Shown piece after piece: positions 1-9,750 of a stretch of 64,000 nucleotides of DNA. Source of the DNA: Myxococcota bacterium (GTDB lineage Bacteria > Myxococcota_A > UBA796 > UBA2385). Position 1 is the first letter of the stretch. Every line of letters begins with the position of its first letter. The notes beneath the pieces are model-generated. The model saw only the letters and a list, made by a program, of their open reading frames with translations, ran no database searches and was not told where the DNA came from. The DNA lies in NCBI GenBank assembly GCA_044344255.1, contig JBIJDH010000021.1, forward strand, positions 32,001 through 96,000. The letters run 5' to 3'. The translations under genes and the position numbers were made by a program.

Positions 1-628
1 AGCTCATCGGCCAGCGCACGAGCTTCATGCAGAGGGCGTCGACGATCACCTCGTCGGTGCTGATGTCGGGGTACTCCGCCCCCACCGCCTGGGCGGTGCG
101 GAGGAAGAGGCCGTCCGACTTCTTCATGATGTTCGACTTGTGGACGATCGTGACCTTCTTTCGGCCCTCTCGGCGGGCGTACTCGTAGGCGAAGCGCGCG
201 ATGCGCTCCGAGGCCGCGCGGGTGGTGACCTTGACCGCCTCGAAGACGCCGTCGGTGACCTCGTGCTCGAAGCCCGAGTAGATGTCCTCGCTCGTCTCGC
301 GGATGACGACGATGTCGAGGTCGGGGAAGCGGGCGGGCAGGCCCCGGACGGGGCGCACGGGGCGCACGGTGGCCCAGGTGCCGAGCTCCTTTCGGAGCTG
401 CACGGTGGGCGGGAGGCGGCCCTTGGCGCGGGTGGCGTCGAGCTTGGCCTTGAGCACGAGGCCGGTGCGGCGGGCGCTCGCCAGGAGCTCGGCCGAGAGG
501 TTCGGGCCGGGGCAGTCCTGAACGTCCCAGTCGATCTCGATGCCCGTCTCACCGAGCACGGCCTCGACGACGTCGGTGGTCTCGGGGCCGATCCAATCGC
601 CGCGGATCAAGGTGACAGCGCGTCCCAT
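1..628 (-). CDS. Isocitrate/isopropylmalate dehydrogenase family protein, divergent paralog (3' end runs off the window)
   Basis: Manual translation from ATG at 628: MGRAVTLIRGDWIGPE...IRETSEDIYSGFEHEV...HKSNIMKKSDGLF...IVDALCMKLV; absent from the ORF track because it is open at the edge. Confidence 0.9.
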   Translation of the reverse strand, partial: MGRAVTLIRGDWIGPETTDVVEAVLGETGIEIDWDVQDCPGPNLSAELLASARRTGLVLKAKLDATRAKGRLPPTVQLRKELGTWATVRPVRPVRGLPARFPDLDIVVIRETSEDIYSGFEHEVTDGVFEAVKVTTRAASERIARFAYEYARREGRKKVTIVHKSNIMKKSDGLFLRTAQAVGAEYPDISTDEVIVDALCMKLVRWPMS

Positions 629-696
629 CGGGGCTCCTGGGCTCTGGCGGAGCGGCTCTGGTGAGGAGAGCCGTCCGTCGGTCAAAGATTGTCCGG

Positions 697-1695
697 TCAA
701 AGCTTGTCGATGATGGCTTCGGTGAACTCGGCCGTGCCGGCCTTCCCGCCGAGGTCGCCGGTCAGGTGGCGGCCCTCTTCGAGCACGTCCCAGACCGCGC
801 GGTCGATGCGCGCCTTCACCTTGTGCTCGCCCACATACTCGAGCATCAGCAGGGCGCTCATCAGCACGGCGAGCGGGTTCGAGATGCCCTTGCCGGCGAT
901 GTCGGGGGCCGTGCCGTGCACCGCCTCGAAGACCGCCACCTGGTCGCCGATGTTGGCGCCGGGCACCACCCCGAGGCCGCCGACGAGGCCGGCGGCGAGG
1001 TCAGAGAGGATGTCGCCGTAGAGGTTCTGCAGCAGCAGCACGTCGAAGCGTGTCGGATCCTGCGCGAGCTCGAAGGCGAGGTTGTCGACGGGGAGGTCGA
1101 GCGACTCGATGTAGGGGTACTCGGCGGCGACGGCGCGGTAGGCGTCGAGGAAGGCGCCGTCGGCGAGCGGCATCACCGGCGCCTTGTGGCAGCAGTGGAT
1201 CCGCCGGCGGCCGGTGTAGCGCATGTTCTCGAAGGACCAGCGGGAGATGCGCTCGCCGGCCCGCCGGGTGGACACCTTCAGGTTCATCACCACGCCGGGG
1301 CTGATCTCGTGCTCGATGCCGGCGTAGAGGTCTTCCGTGTTCTCGCGCAGCACGACGAGGTTGACGTCGCGGTAGGGCGACTTGACCCCCGGCAGGGAGC
1401 GCACCGGGCGGTAGCCGACGTAGAGGTCTAGCTCCTGGCGGAGCGCCACGTTCGCCGAGCGGAAGCCCTTGCCCACCGGCGTCATCAGCGGGCCCTTGAG
1501 GCCGAGCCGGTTCTTCTTGATGGCGTCGAGCGTGACCTGGGGCATCGGCACGCCGTACTGCTCCATCGCGACGCCGCCCGCGGGGGCGGGCTCCCAGTCG
1601 ATGGGAGCGCCAGCCGCCGAGAGGATGCGGGTGGTGGCGCCCGTGACCTCGGGGCCGATGCCGTCTCCCTGGATGAGGGTGACCCGGTAGCGCAT
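697..1695 (-). CDS. NAD-dependent isocitrate/isopropylmalate dehydrogenase family protein
   Basis: [54 protein letters not shown] motifs. Confidence 0.95.
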   Translation of the reverse strand: MRYRVTLIQGDGIGPEVTGATTRILSAAGAPIDWEPAPAGGVAMEQYGVPMPQVTLDAIKKNRLGLKGPLMTPVGKGFRSANVALRQELDLYVGYRPVRSLPGVKSPYRDVNLVVLRENTEDLYAGIEHEISPGVVMNLKVSTRRAGERISRWSFENMRYTGRRRIHCCHKAPVMPLADGAFLDAYRAVAAEYPYIESLDLPVDNLAFELAQDPTRFDVLLLQNLYGDILSDLAAGLVGGLGVVPGANIGDQVAVFEAVHGTAPDIAGKGISNPLAVLMSALLMLEYVGEHKVKARIDRAVWDVLEEGRHLTGDLGGKAGTAEFTEAIIDKL

Positions 1696-1722
1696 GAGCT
1701 CTCCCTGAGAGGGGAGGGCCTG

Positions 1723-2490
1723 CTATCCGCCGGTCGCGGCGGGGGCCACGATCTCGACCGCGCCGACCTCGAGCGCGCAAGGGAGCGGGCCGTGGTGGAG
1801 GAGGATGGCGCGGTCGGCGGCCTTGCGCATCCGCTCGCGCGACTCGCCCTCGCCGGTGACGATGCGGAGGTCGTCGTTGTCCATCGCCGCGCCGTTGGGG
1901 CGGCGGGCGAGCTCCTCGCCGTCCAGCGTGAAGACCACCTCGCCCTCTGGGTTGTTGGTGATCGCCTCGCGGATGACCGCGGCCTCGGTGGGCTTCCACT
2001 TCACCCAGTCGTAGGGCATCCCGCTCTCGTCGAGGCGGATCGCGACGTCCTCGAGGCCGGAGGAGCCGCCGATCAGCTCACCCCCGAGGCGCAGCTCGAG
2101 CTTGCCCGGGCGGGCGAGGATGGCGGGGATGGCGGTCTTGTCATCGGGGAGGCCGGGCATGGTGGCCTCTACCACCAGCGCGCCCGCCTGCCGCTCGAGC
2201 CGCACATCGGCGAGGCCGATCTCCTCGATGCGGCCGCGCACCAGGGGCTCGGCGTCGGTGACGCAGGCCCCCGACAGCGTGAAGCGGAGGCGCTCCCCCT
2301 TCGCCTCGCCGCCCAGCCGGCCGAGCACGGCCACCCCGCCCGCCGCGATCATCAGGATCAAGGCGAAGAGGATGGGCGCGGACATGAAGACCAGCACGGC
2401 GCGGGGCCGTGGCGGCGGGGTGAAGGGGCCGTCCGGGGCGGCCGGGGGCGGGCCTTCCGCGGGGGAGGAGTCGCGAGGGGCGGCGGTCAT
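1723..2490 (-). CDS. Membrane-anchored protein resembling the SecD/SecF periplasmic P1 domain
   Basis: Single N-terminal TM segment, then 'RIEEIGLADVRLERQ...VEATMPG...PGKLEL' and terminal 'GPLP', reminiscent of SecD P1. Confidence 0.55.
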   Translation of the reverse strand: MTAAPRDSSPAEGPPPAAPDGPFTPPPRPRAVLVFMSAPILFALILMIAAGGVAVLGRLGGEAKGERLRFTLSGACVTDAEPLVRGRIEEIGLADVRLERQAGALVVEATMPGLPDDKTAIPAILARPGKLELRLGGELIGGSSGLEDVAIRLDESGMPYDWVKWKPTEAAVIREAITNNPEGEVVFTLDGEELARRPNGAAMDNDDLRIVTGEGESRERMRKAADRAILLHHGPLPCALEVGAVEIVAPAATGG

Positions 2491-2549
2491 CCGCTGTCCG
2501 AGGGGGGAGGGGGCCCTGTGCTAACTTGTTTGCCTGACCGGGAGAGAGG

Positions 2550-3014
2550 ATGGGCACGAGCGTCCCAGAGCGAAAAGTCTATATCAAGGCGGAAGGTCCG
2601 CCGATTGAGTTCATTGTGCGGATCGGAGATGGGCTGCAGGCCGACTGGACGGCCCACCTCCGCTCGGAGGACAAGCTGGTCGCCACCTGGAAGGGCTCGA
2701 CGGGGGCCGCGGCAGGAGAGCAGGGCTTCACCGTCCCCGCGGCCGATCTCCGGGGGAAGGACCCCGCGATCCGCCTGCTCATCGTGCTCTTCGGCCCCGC
2801 CGAGGACGTGCCCTTTCACGTCTTCATCGAGGCTCACCAGGGGGGAGAGAACGCCTTCGAGCCCCCCTTTCGCCTCTCCGGGCGGGCCGCGGCCCGACAG
2901 GTGACGACCCAGGAGGTCAAGATCTCCTTTCGTCGGAGGTCCGAGCGGGTGGACGCGGAAGACAAAGCGGAAGACAAATCGGAAGATAAGGGGAACGGGG
3001 AGCGTGACCGATGA
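2550..3014 (+). CDS. Hypothetical protein
   Basis: GAGAG RBS-like sequence, plausible codon usage, ATGA overlap with the next gene. Confidence 0.6.
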   Translation: MGTSVPERKVYIKAEGPPIEFIVRIGDGLQADWTAHLRSEDKLVATWKGSTGAAAGEQGFTVPAADLRGKDPAIRLLIVLFGPAEDVPFHVFIEAHQGGENAFEPPFRLSGRAAARQVTTQEVKISFRRRSERVDAEDKAEDKSEDKGNGERDR

Positions 3015-4012
3015 GCGCCCCCTGGCTCCTGTCTTTTTTGCGCTGCCTGTCCGCTGCCTCGGCCGATGAGGGGCTCGCCGGCTCCGGCTACACCCTCGTC
3101 GATCCGCCGGCCATCACCGCCCTCGACCGCGCGGGGGTCCGCTTCGACGAGCCCTCGAGCCCCACCGACTTCTCGGTGACGGCCGGCAATTTTGTCGCCG
3201 AGGACGGCACGCTCAAGGCGGGTGGCGCGGCAGAGCTCGGCGCCCGCGCGCTGGGCCTGCTGCGCAAGGTCTCGGCCACCGACTACGCGAAGCGGCCGGG
3301 GATCCGCACCCTCGGCCACAGCTACCTCTCGCTCGCCACCGCCGCCGAGGACAATGGCGACCTCCGGAGCGCCGTCGGGCTGCGGGTGGTGCTCTTCGAC
3401 GGCGCCGACCCGCTGCTCGCCCCGGCCTACAAGGCGGCCGCCGACGCCGCCCGGAAGAAGTGCGAGCCCCTCCGCGAGGGGGCCGCCGCCGACGCCCTGA
3501 CCAAGTACGCCGACTGTATCAAGGCGGCTTACGCGACCGAGGCCCTCGGGCTCGGGAAGAGCGACTGGAACGCGCCCGGGCTCGTGCTCTCCACCGCCTG
3601 GACGAGCCGCTTCCCCGACGGCGAGCTCTCCGGCTTCGGCTCCGAGGCGGCCTCGGCCTGGCTCTCGGCGGCCGGGCCAGTGGGCCCGGCGGTGCAGGCG
3701 GGCGGGGCGGTCGCCTGGAGCCAGGGCCTCGCCGACGACGCCCCCAACGAGCTCGGCCTCGCCGCGATGACCCGCTTCGGCGTGAAGCGCACGCGCTTCC
3801 GCGTCGAGTCCGGCCCCATCTTCACGGTGAGCGAGCCCGGCGGGTGGCGGCTCCCGGTGCTGGTGGGCAGCGAGCTCGGCTTCGGGGAGGAGGTGTGGGT
3901 GAGCGCGCAGTTCGGCCTCGTGCTCAACCCGGGCGAGGACCGCGTGAGCCTCGTGAGCAACGCCGCCTTCAAGTGGGGGCAGGCGTCGAAGCCGAGCTTC
4001 AAGCCGGAGTGA
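3011..4012 (+). CDS. Hypothetical secreted protein (possible beta-barrel-like C-terminus)
   Basis: Signal peptide MSAPWLLSFLRCLSAASA; alternating beta-strand pattern in the C-terminal half; 4-nt overlap with the upstream gene. Confidence 0.7.
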   Translation: MSAPWLLSFLRCLSAASADEGLAGSGYTLVDPPAITALDRAGVRFDEPSSPTDFSVTAGNFVAEDGTLKAGGAAELGARALGLLRKVSATDYAKRPGIRTLGHSYLSLATAAEDNGDLRSAVGLRVVLFDGADPLLAPAYKAAADAARKKCEPLREGAAADALTKYADCIKAAYATEALGLGKSDWNAPGLVLSTAWTSRFPDGELSGFGSEAASAWLSAAGPVGPAVQAGGAVAWSQGLADDAPNELGLAAMTRFGVKRTRFRVESGPIFTVSEPGGWRLPVLVGSELGFGEEVWVSAQFGLVLNPGEDRVSLVSNAAFKWGQASKPSFKPE

Positions 4013-4214
4013 GCGCGGAGGCTGCGCGGCAGGGTCGGTGCGGGCGGGGCTCGATTGTCCTGCCCGCGGCAACGGGAGTATGGTCTGGGGCAACGGGCCA
4101 GAGCCTTCCGTGCACGGCAGGGTGGGATACATCGTACGAGTCTGTCGGGCGACGGTCCACCGGAGGCCTGTCGCGCTCGGCCGTTTGTCACACACCCACT
4201 CCTCTGGAGCTCCC

Positions 4215-4787
4215 ATGAACGCTGGCTCTCTCCTCCGCGCGCTCGGCGCTGTCGGCCTCCTCGGCCTGTCCTCTGTCGCCCTCGCTGACAACTACGAGAT
4301 TGACGCCGCCCACTCGACGGCCATCTTCGCCGCCAAGCACTTCAACGTCTCTTGGACCTACGGGCGCTTCAATGACATCAGCGGCAAAGTGGTCTGGGAC
4401 GCCGATCCCGCCAAGAGCAGCGTCGACATCACCGTGAAGACCGACAGCCTCGACACCAACGTCGACAAGCGCGACCAGCACTTGAAGAGCCCCGACTTCT
4501 TCAACAGCGCCCAGTTCCCGACGATGACCTTCAAGAGCAAGTCGATCACCAAGAAGAGCGGCACCACCTATGCGGTGACCGGTGACCTCACGATCCACGG
4601 CGTCACCAAGTCGGTCACCACCGACTTCGAGTACGTGGGCACCGGCCCCGACGCCTGGGGCGGCACCCGCTCGGGCTACACCACCGCCCTCACCGTCAAG
4701 CGCGCCGATTACGGCATGAGCAACATGCCGGACGCCGTCGGCCCCGACGTGAAGCTCATCATCTCGCTCGAAGGCGTGAAGAAGTAG
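4215..4787 (+). CDS. yceI: YceI family polyisoprenoid-binding protein
   Basis: Signal peptide; YEIDAAHS, GRFNDISG, RDQHLKSPDFF, GDLTIHGVTK; start moved to the ATG after GGAG. Confidence 0.93.
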   Translation: MNAGSLLRALGAVGLLGLSSVALADNYEIDAAHSTAIFAAKHFNVSWTYGRFNDISGKVVWDADPAKSSVDITVKTDSLDTNVDKRDQHLKSPDFFNSAQFPTMTFKSKSITKKSGTTYAVTGDLTIHGVTKSVTTDFEYVGTGPDAWGGTRSGYTTALTVKRADYGMSNMPDAVGPDVKLIISLEGVKK

Positions 4788-4812
4788 CCCCCCCACCCCG
4801 GAGCGAGCGCCG

Positions 4813-5667
4813 ATGGATCCTGTCACCGTCTTCGTGAAGTGCCTCTTGATCCCCGGCCTCGTCGCTGGACTCTTCGCGGTGGGCTCCGTCAAGGGGCCCG
4901 CCGCGCTCCGGCCGCTGTTCGCGGCCCTCGGGGTGGCGGTGTCCTGGATGGTCGCGCAGACCGCCCTCGCCGGCCGGATGTTGTGGCCGCCCGTCGAGGG
5001 GCCCCACTTCATCCTCTGGGCCTCGATCCTCTTCGCCTTCGGCGGCGCCGCCGAAGGGATTCGCCTGCAGCCGCGGGCGATGTCCGCCTTCCGGCGGCTC
5101 CCCCTGTTCGCGGGGCTGCTCTATCTGATGGGGCGGCCGCTGATTGACAATTCCTGGTCGAGCGGACAGACCACCGGCTACCTCGTCGGCGGCTCCCTCG
5201 CCCTCCTCGCAGGCGGGATGGGCAGCGCCGAGGCGGCCCGCCGGGGCCCGCCCGCGGCCGCGGTGGGCGCCCTGGCCCTGTCGGCGGGGGTCGGCGCGGC
5301 GGCGCTCGGGGCCACGGGCTCGGTCATCTATGGCCAGCTCGGCGGCATGGTCGCCACCGCGCTCGGGCTCTTCGGCCTGCTCGCCCTCCGCGTGCCCGAC
5401 CCAGGCGTGGCGCGGGCGGTGGTGGGCGCGGGCTACCCCATCTTCGCCGGGATGCTGGTCTCCGGCGTGCTCTTCAGCGAGCTGCCCCTCGCGGCGGCGC
5501 TCCCGATTGGCATGGCACCGCTCTGCGGGCTGCTGGAGCGGCCGGAGCGGGGAGGCCTGCCCTATCGGGCCCTCGGCGGCGCGCTCGTGCTCGCCGCGAT
5601 CGGCCTCATCATCGGGGTGGTCATCTCGGGCAGCGGGGCCGCAGACGACGGCTACGGAGCCTACTGA
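4813..5667 (+). CDS. Hypothetical integral membrane protein
   Basis: About 9-10 hydrophobic segments; directly follows yceI. Confidence 0.75.
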   Translation: MDPVTVFVKCLLIPGLVAGLFAVGSVKGPAALRPLFAALGVAVSWMVAQTALAGRMLWPPVEGPHFILWASILFAFGGAAEGIRLQPRAMSAFRRLPLFAGLLYLMGRPLIDNSWSSGQTTGYLVGGSLALLAGGMGSAEAARRGPPAAAVGALALSAGVGAAALGATGSVIYGQLGGMVATALGLFGLLALRVPDPGVARAVVGAGYPIFAGMLVSGVLFSELPLAAALPIGMAPLCGLLERPERGGLPYRALGGALVLAAIGLIIGVVISGSGAADDGYGAY

Positions 5668-5688
5668 GCCTGTCCGCGCGGCCGGCCC

Positions 5689-6219
5689 TCAGCCCCGCTG
5701 GGCGAGGTGCCCCTCGATGCGCCGGAGGCTGTCCCGGATCTCGCGCATCAGCACGAGGTCTTCGGACTCCGCCGTGCGCGGGCCACCGTGGAGCGCGTCG
5801 CGGCGGTTGATGACCGCGGCCCGGAAGCCCTCGGCGTCCTTCACGCCGGTGAGCACGGCGCTCGAGCCGGCCTGCCCGCCGCCTGCGGTGTCGATCTGCA
5901 GGGTGGCGAGGCCGAAGGCGTTGAGGATGGGGCCGGTGTGGAGCGAGACGTCCTGGATCTTGTCGAGCGGGATGCTCATCTCCTTTCGGAACCAGATCCC
6001 GTGCCGATAGACGACGCTCCGCTCGGTGAGGCGAGCCTCGATGGATTGGAAGTAGAGGTTCGCCCAGAAGGGGCCGAGGATCAGCCAGGGGGGGAGCAGC
6101 ACGAGGCCCACCATCGTGACGCCGCAGGCGATCGCGATCTGGAGCCACAGATAGACCTTCACCTTCGGGTCAAAGACAGCGAGGATGTCTCCCTCGCGGG
6201 CGCTGAGCTCAGTCGTCAT
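5689..6219 (-). CDS. Bacterial PH domain (bPH_2/YdbS-like) membrane protein
   Basis: Two TM segments then 'GIWFRKEMSIPLDKIQDVSLHTGPILNAFGLATLQIDTAG'; ATG 6219 after GGAG. Confidence 0.85.
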   Translation of the reverse strand: MTTELSAREGDILAVFDPKVKVYLWLQIAIACGVTMVGLVLLPPWLILGPFWANLYFQSIEARLTERSVVYRHGIWFRKEMSIPLDKIQDVSLHTGPILNAFGLATLQIDTAGGGQAGSSAVLTGVKDAEGFRAAVINRRDALHGGPRTAESEDLVLMREIRDSLRRIEGHLAQRG

Positions 6220-6236
6220 GGGGCTCCCAGGGGTGG

Positions 6237-7556
6237 TCACTCGGGAGACGGGCAGTGCCCGCCCTCGGCGAGCCAGGCGTCTACCACGGCCGCCCGCTCC
6301 CCGAAGAAGCTCTGCAGCGAGGTCACGGCGGTGGTGTGGGCGCCGGTCGGATAGGGTTTGCGCGTGTCTTCGGCGACGGAGGCGGCGATCTGGGCGTCCC
6401 AGTGCGCGACCTGGGCGGACATCTCCTCGGGGGAGTAGGCGGCGCGGGCCAGCGTCAGCTCCTCGACGAAGCGGGCGCACCAGGCGGGGTCGGCCAGCAC
6501 GAGGAGAAAGAGGGCCTCTTTCCTCCAGCCATAATGCTCATAGGTGATGGGGTCGGAGTGGACCGCGTTCGGCCAGACGAGGCTGCCGTCCGAGTAGGCG
6601 CCGTCGCCGAAGCTGAGGTCAAGGTCATAGGGGAGATAGACAAAGCCTCGGCTCGGGTGGTCATAGAGATAGTAGTTGATCTCCACCCCCGCCCAGTAGT
6701 TGTCCATCGCGGGGAGCATCGCCTCCGCCGCCCACTCGGCCACGGCCTGGTCGAGGTCCATCAGCAGCTCGAGCTCCTCCACGGTGGTGGCCGCCTGCAG
6801 GGCGAGGAGGTTGCTCGTGTCGCCGATGTCCTCATTCGTCTTGAGCTCGGTGCCGCCCTGATAGAGGTTGCCCTCCGACTCCTCGAAGTGGCGCTCGAGG
6901 TACTCGTGGTCGATTCGCTCGATGTTGGCGTAGATCCCGTAGTAGTCGCCGTTCACGGTGAGGCGCGCGTTGTTGACGCAGGAGTAGGGCAGGCCGAGCC
7001 GCTCGAAGAGGGGGAAGGCGATGCGCTCGTGCATCAGGGTGCGGTCATACCAGGGGGCGTCGAGCATCAGCTTACGCTGGCCGTGGAAGCGACCCTCCGG
7101 GTCCTCCTCGTTGAAGGAGATGATGAACTGGAGCTTCTCACAGCTCCACGACCAGTTGCCCTTCAGCCGCGCCATCGCGGCGACGGTCTCGCCGTCGTAG
7201 CTGAAGTCGACCGGGAAGTACTCCTGGCTGCCGGCCGAGCAGGCCGCGCGGAGCCCAGACCAGGCCTCATCGGTGAAGGTGAGGTCAAAGCTCGGCAGGA
7301 GGTCGGGGTCGTAGAGGTCAGCGCAGGCCTTGGGCCAGGTGTCCTCGTCGGGGGCGGCGCCGGTGTCGGCGGCGCCGAGGTGCTCGACGGTGTCGGCGTC
7401 GGCGTCAGCGTCGGTGTCTGCGTCGCTGTCGGTGTCCGCGTCGGCCTCATCGCCGGTGGGTGCGGCTCCGCTGTCCCGCGCGGGCCCTGGCTCACCTGCG
7501 AGGCTGCCCACGCGGCCCGTTTGGCAGGACAGCAGGATCGAGAGGAGGGCGATCAT
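6237..7556 (-). CDS. CotH kinase family lipoprotein
   Basis: Lipobox LLSC, Asp-Ala linker, RLKGNWS, NNARLTVNGDYYGIYANIERID, NYYLY...LPYDLDLSFG. Confidence 0.88.
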   Translation of the reverse strand: MIALLSILLSCQTGRVGSLAGEPGPARDSGAAPTGDEADADTDSDADTDADADADTVEHLGAADTGAAPDEDTWPKACADLYDPDLLPSFDLTFTDEAWSGLRAACSAGSQEYFPVDFSYDGETVAAMARLKGNWSWSCEKLQFIISFNEEDPEGRFHGQRKLMLDAPWYDRTLMHERIAFPLFERLGLPYSCVNNARLTVNGDYYGIYANIERIDHEYLERHFEESEGNLYQGGTELKTNEDIGDTSNLLALQAATTVEELELLMDLDQAVAEWAAEAMLPAMDNYWAGVEINYYLYDHPSRGFVYLPYDLDLSFGDGAYSDGSLVWPNAVHSDPITYEHYGWRKEALFLLVLADPAWCARFVEELTLARAAYSPEEMSAQVAHWDAQIAASVAEDTRKPYPTGAHTTAVTSLQSFFGERAAVVDAWLAEGGHCPSPE

Positions 7557-7647
7557 TCGAGGTCCGGGGGCGGCGGGGCGCGTGACGCGGTCGGCCGAGG
7601 CCGTGAGGACGGTACACCCGGCCGCGACCCGGCCGCAACCGTGGTGC
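7441..7647 (-). repeat. ~207 bp direct repeat (5' leader plus lipoprotein signal), copy B; pairs with 9503-9709
   Basis: Collinear alignment with 9503-9709 at constant offset 2062, scattered substitutions. Confidence 0.9.
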
Positions 7648-7683
7648 TTGAGCCGGGCGGCTGCGCGCTCCTCGTGAGCTGGG

Positions 7684-7932
7684 TCCAGCTCAGGGCGCCA
7701 GGCTGACCTCCACCCGCGCGCCCGCCGATCCGCCCAACAACGCGCGGTCGGAGAGGGGGGTGGCCGCCGCCGCGGGCTGCACGAAGCTGCCGGCGATGGT
7801 GGCGCGGGTGCGGAAGTAGAGGTCGTAGGTGCCCTTGGGGAGGAGCTCGACGGCGTAAGAGACGGCGTCGTCGCGGCTGTCGATCGAGGTGGCGGGGCGG
7901 CTGTCCTGGCCGGTCGGCTTCGACTCGGGCGG
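7684..7932 (-). pseudogene. Orphan duplicate of the last ~80 codons and stop of the alpha-2-macroglobulin gene
   Basis: Collinear with 10820-11068 (offset 3136); encodes DSRDDAVSYAVELLPKGTYDLYFRTRATIAGSFVQPAA...VEVSLAP*. Confidence 0.88.
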
Positions 7933-8083
7933 CGATCGGGCGGCGATCGGCGGGGCCCTCCAGGAATGGGGACCACGTGGGCCATTCGAAGTTCGCGCTC
8001 GTCTTCCTGTTGGTGTCAGGCGCGTGGGCTCCGGGCACACTGGATCGTGGAGCATGGTCGCGGATCTCCTCCGGAGTGGAGGG

Positions 8084-8389
8084 TCAGTCCAGGTGCGGCT
8101 CGCCCACGATGTTGTAGACTACCTCGCCCGTCGATCCGTCGGGTAAGGAGTATTGGAGCAGAATCGATCTGTCGTTCAACACCATTCGTGCTATGTTGAT
8201 TGGGTACTCACAGCACTCGTCCCTGTCTGTAAGGGTGTACTCTGCCTTCTCTGTGGGTGGTTCCTGATTGGTGCTTTCGTCTTCACAATAGTCGGTTCGT
8301 TTGCTGGGTCCACATTGACAGATAACGAAGAGCAATGGCGCGGTCAATGTGGATATGAGGCTCCGGGGGTCGGTTCGTAGGTAGTTCAT
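8084..8389 (-). CDS. Hypothetical protein in the lower-GC cassette
   Basis: ATGA overlap with the upstream ORF; short hydrophobic stretch followed by Cys. Confidence 0.55.
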   Translation of the reverse strand: MNYLRTDPRSLISTLTAPLLFVICQCGPSKRTDYCEDESTNQEPPTEKAEYTLTDRDECCEYPINIARMVLNDRSILLQYSLPDGSTGEVVYNIVGEPHLD

Positions 8390-8715
8390 CTGTCGTCCGG
8401 TTCCCGCTCGGCGGAGATGATCGTGTTTCCCTCTCCCCCGCCGAACTTCACATAGAATTCATCGTCAAGAAGGGAGACAAAGGAGATCAAGTCCCAATGG
8501 TTGTAGGAAATCATGGTCGGGTTTGACGTCCAGTAAAGTCGGTGAGACTCCGGAGAGACGGGGCCGATCTCAAGGTCCCAACTCCATGTTGGGCAGGTTG
8601 TTGATGGGGAATAGGCCTCGCTGGTGTGATTGAGAATGGTGTGTGCGGCGAGCGTCACGGCAATCCCAATTGACAGAGACCAGAGCGGTTCAAAAGTCCT
8701 GCGGTGATTGGTCAT
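8386..8715 (-). CDS. Hypothetical secreted protein in the lower-GC cassette
   Basis: Start abuts the stop of the upstream gene; signal-like N-terminus. Confidence 0.6.
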   Translation of the reverse strand: MTNHRRTFEPLWSLSIGIAVTLAAHTILNHTSEAYSPSTTCPTWSWDLEIGPVSPESHRLYWTSNPTMISYNHWDLISFVSLLDDEFYVKFGGGEGNTIISAEREPDDR

Positions 8716-9618
8716 TCACTCCGAAGCCCCAATGCTGCAGTCGGATTTACACTTGGAGGATTCCGCCATCTTCCATGAGTTTGGACTATTTTTGAAGTAG
8801 AGCAGATCGAGGTCATCGAACGAGGAATCTTTGAAGCAATTTGAGTTCTGAATTACTGAATATCGTTTGGTCAGGATCCACAGCATTGTCTGCTGGAGGA
8901 GATACGACTCCACGCAGTCCCCCTCAATCCACCCCGCGATGACCTCCGCCACGCCCGCGATGATGTCGGTGTCCGGGCCGCCACCACCCCCATAACCGCT
9001 GTGGTCCGCCTCCCACTCTTCGCGGTGGGCCTCGGCCCAGTCAAAGATTCCCTCGGAAAAGTCATAGGCGGAGTGACCACATGCGTGGGAGTACTCGTGG
9101 GCGAGGGTGGCTGCGAGCCCGGCCGCGATGGCGAGGCGATTCGTCGCTGCGAGGTCGCTCTCGCATGTACCTTCCTCCGCCGGAGGCTGGTTGTTCCTCC
9201 ACCCTTGAAGGCGATCTCTCCATCCGCCGTTATTGGTGCAAACGGTGATGTGCTTCTTCGGCCATTGGAGGCCCTTGAAGCCGACGCCGGGTGTACACTC
9301 GTCGGAGAACACCATTCGGGGGTGTTCATCGAGGAACAGGATGTCCAGGAGACAGGGGTCTACCCACCCGCTGGTCATGCACAGGGCCCACTCCACCAGC
9401 GCCTTGTTGGACTTCAACAGGGCCATGGCTGTCGCCAGCATGGTTCGACCGTCCTCGTCGGCGAGCTCGTCTGGGTCAATGAAGTCGGTGTCGGCGTCGC
9501 TGTCGGCCTCTTCCCCGCTCGGCGCGACCCCGCTGTCCCGCGTGGGCCCCGGCTCGCCTGCGACGCCGCCCACACGGCCCGTTTGGCAGGACAGCAGGAT
9601 CAAGAGGAGGGCGGTCAT
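8716..9618 (-). CDS. Lipoprotein with putative HExxH zinc-metallopeptidase domain
   Basis: Signal MTALLLILLSC shared with CotH; 'ATLAHEYSHACGH' motif; Cys-rich. Confidence 0.65.
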   Translation of the reverse strand: MTALLLILLSCQTGRVGGVAGEPGPTRDSGVAPSGEEADSDADTDFIDPDELADEDGRTMLATAMALLKSNKALVEWALCMTSGWVDPCLLDILFLDEHPRMVFSDECTPGVGFKGLQWPKKHITVCTNNGGWRDRLQGWRNNQPPAEEGTCESDLAATNRLAIAAGLAATLAHEYSHACGHSAYDFSEGIFDWAEAHREEWEADHSGYGGGGGPDTDIIAGVAEVIAGWIEGDCVESYLLQQTMLWILTKRYSVIQNSNCFKDSSFDDLDLLYFKNSPNSWKMAESSKCKSDCSIGASE

Positions 9619-9709
9619 TCGAGGTCCGGGGGCGGCGGGGCGCATGACGCGGTCGGCCGAGGCCGTGAGGACAGTACACCCGGCCGCGACCCGGCCGCAA
9701 CCGTGGTGC
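9503..9709 (-). repeat. ~207 bp direct repeat (leader plus signal peptide), copy A
   Basis: Aligns with 7441-7647. Confidence 0.9.
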
Positions 9710-9750
9710 CGCCCGCGGTGGCCCAGCACTCCGGCGCCGCATGCAGGGGG

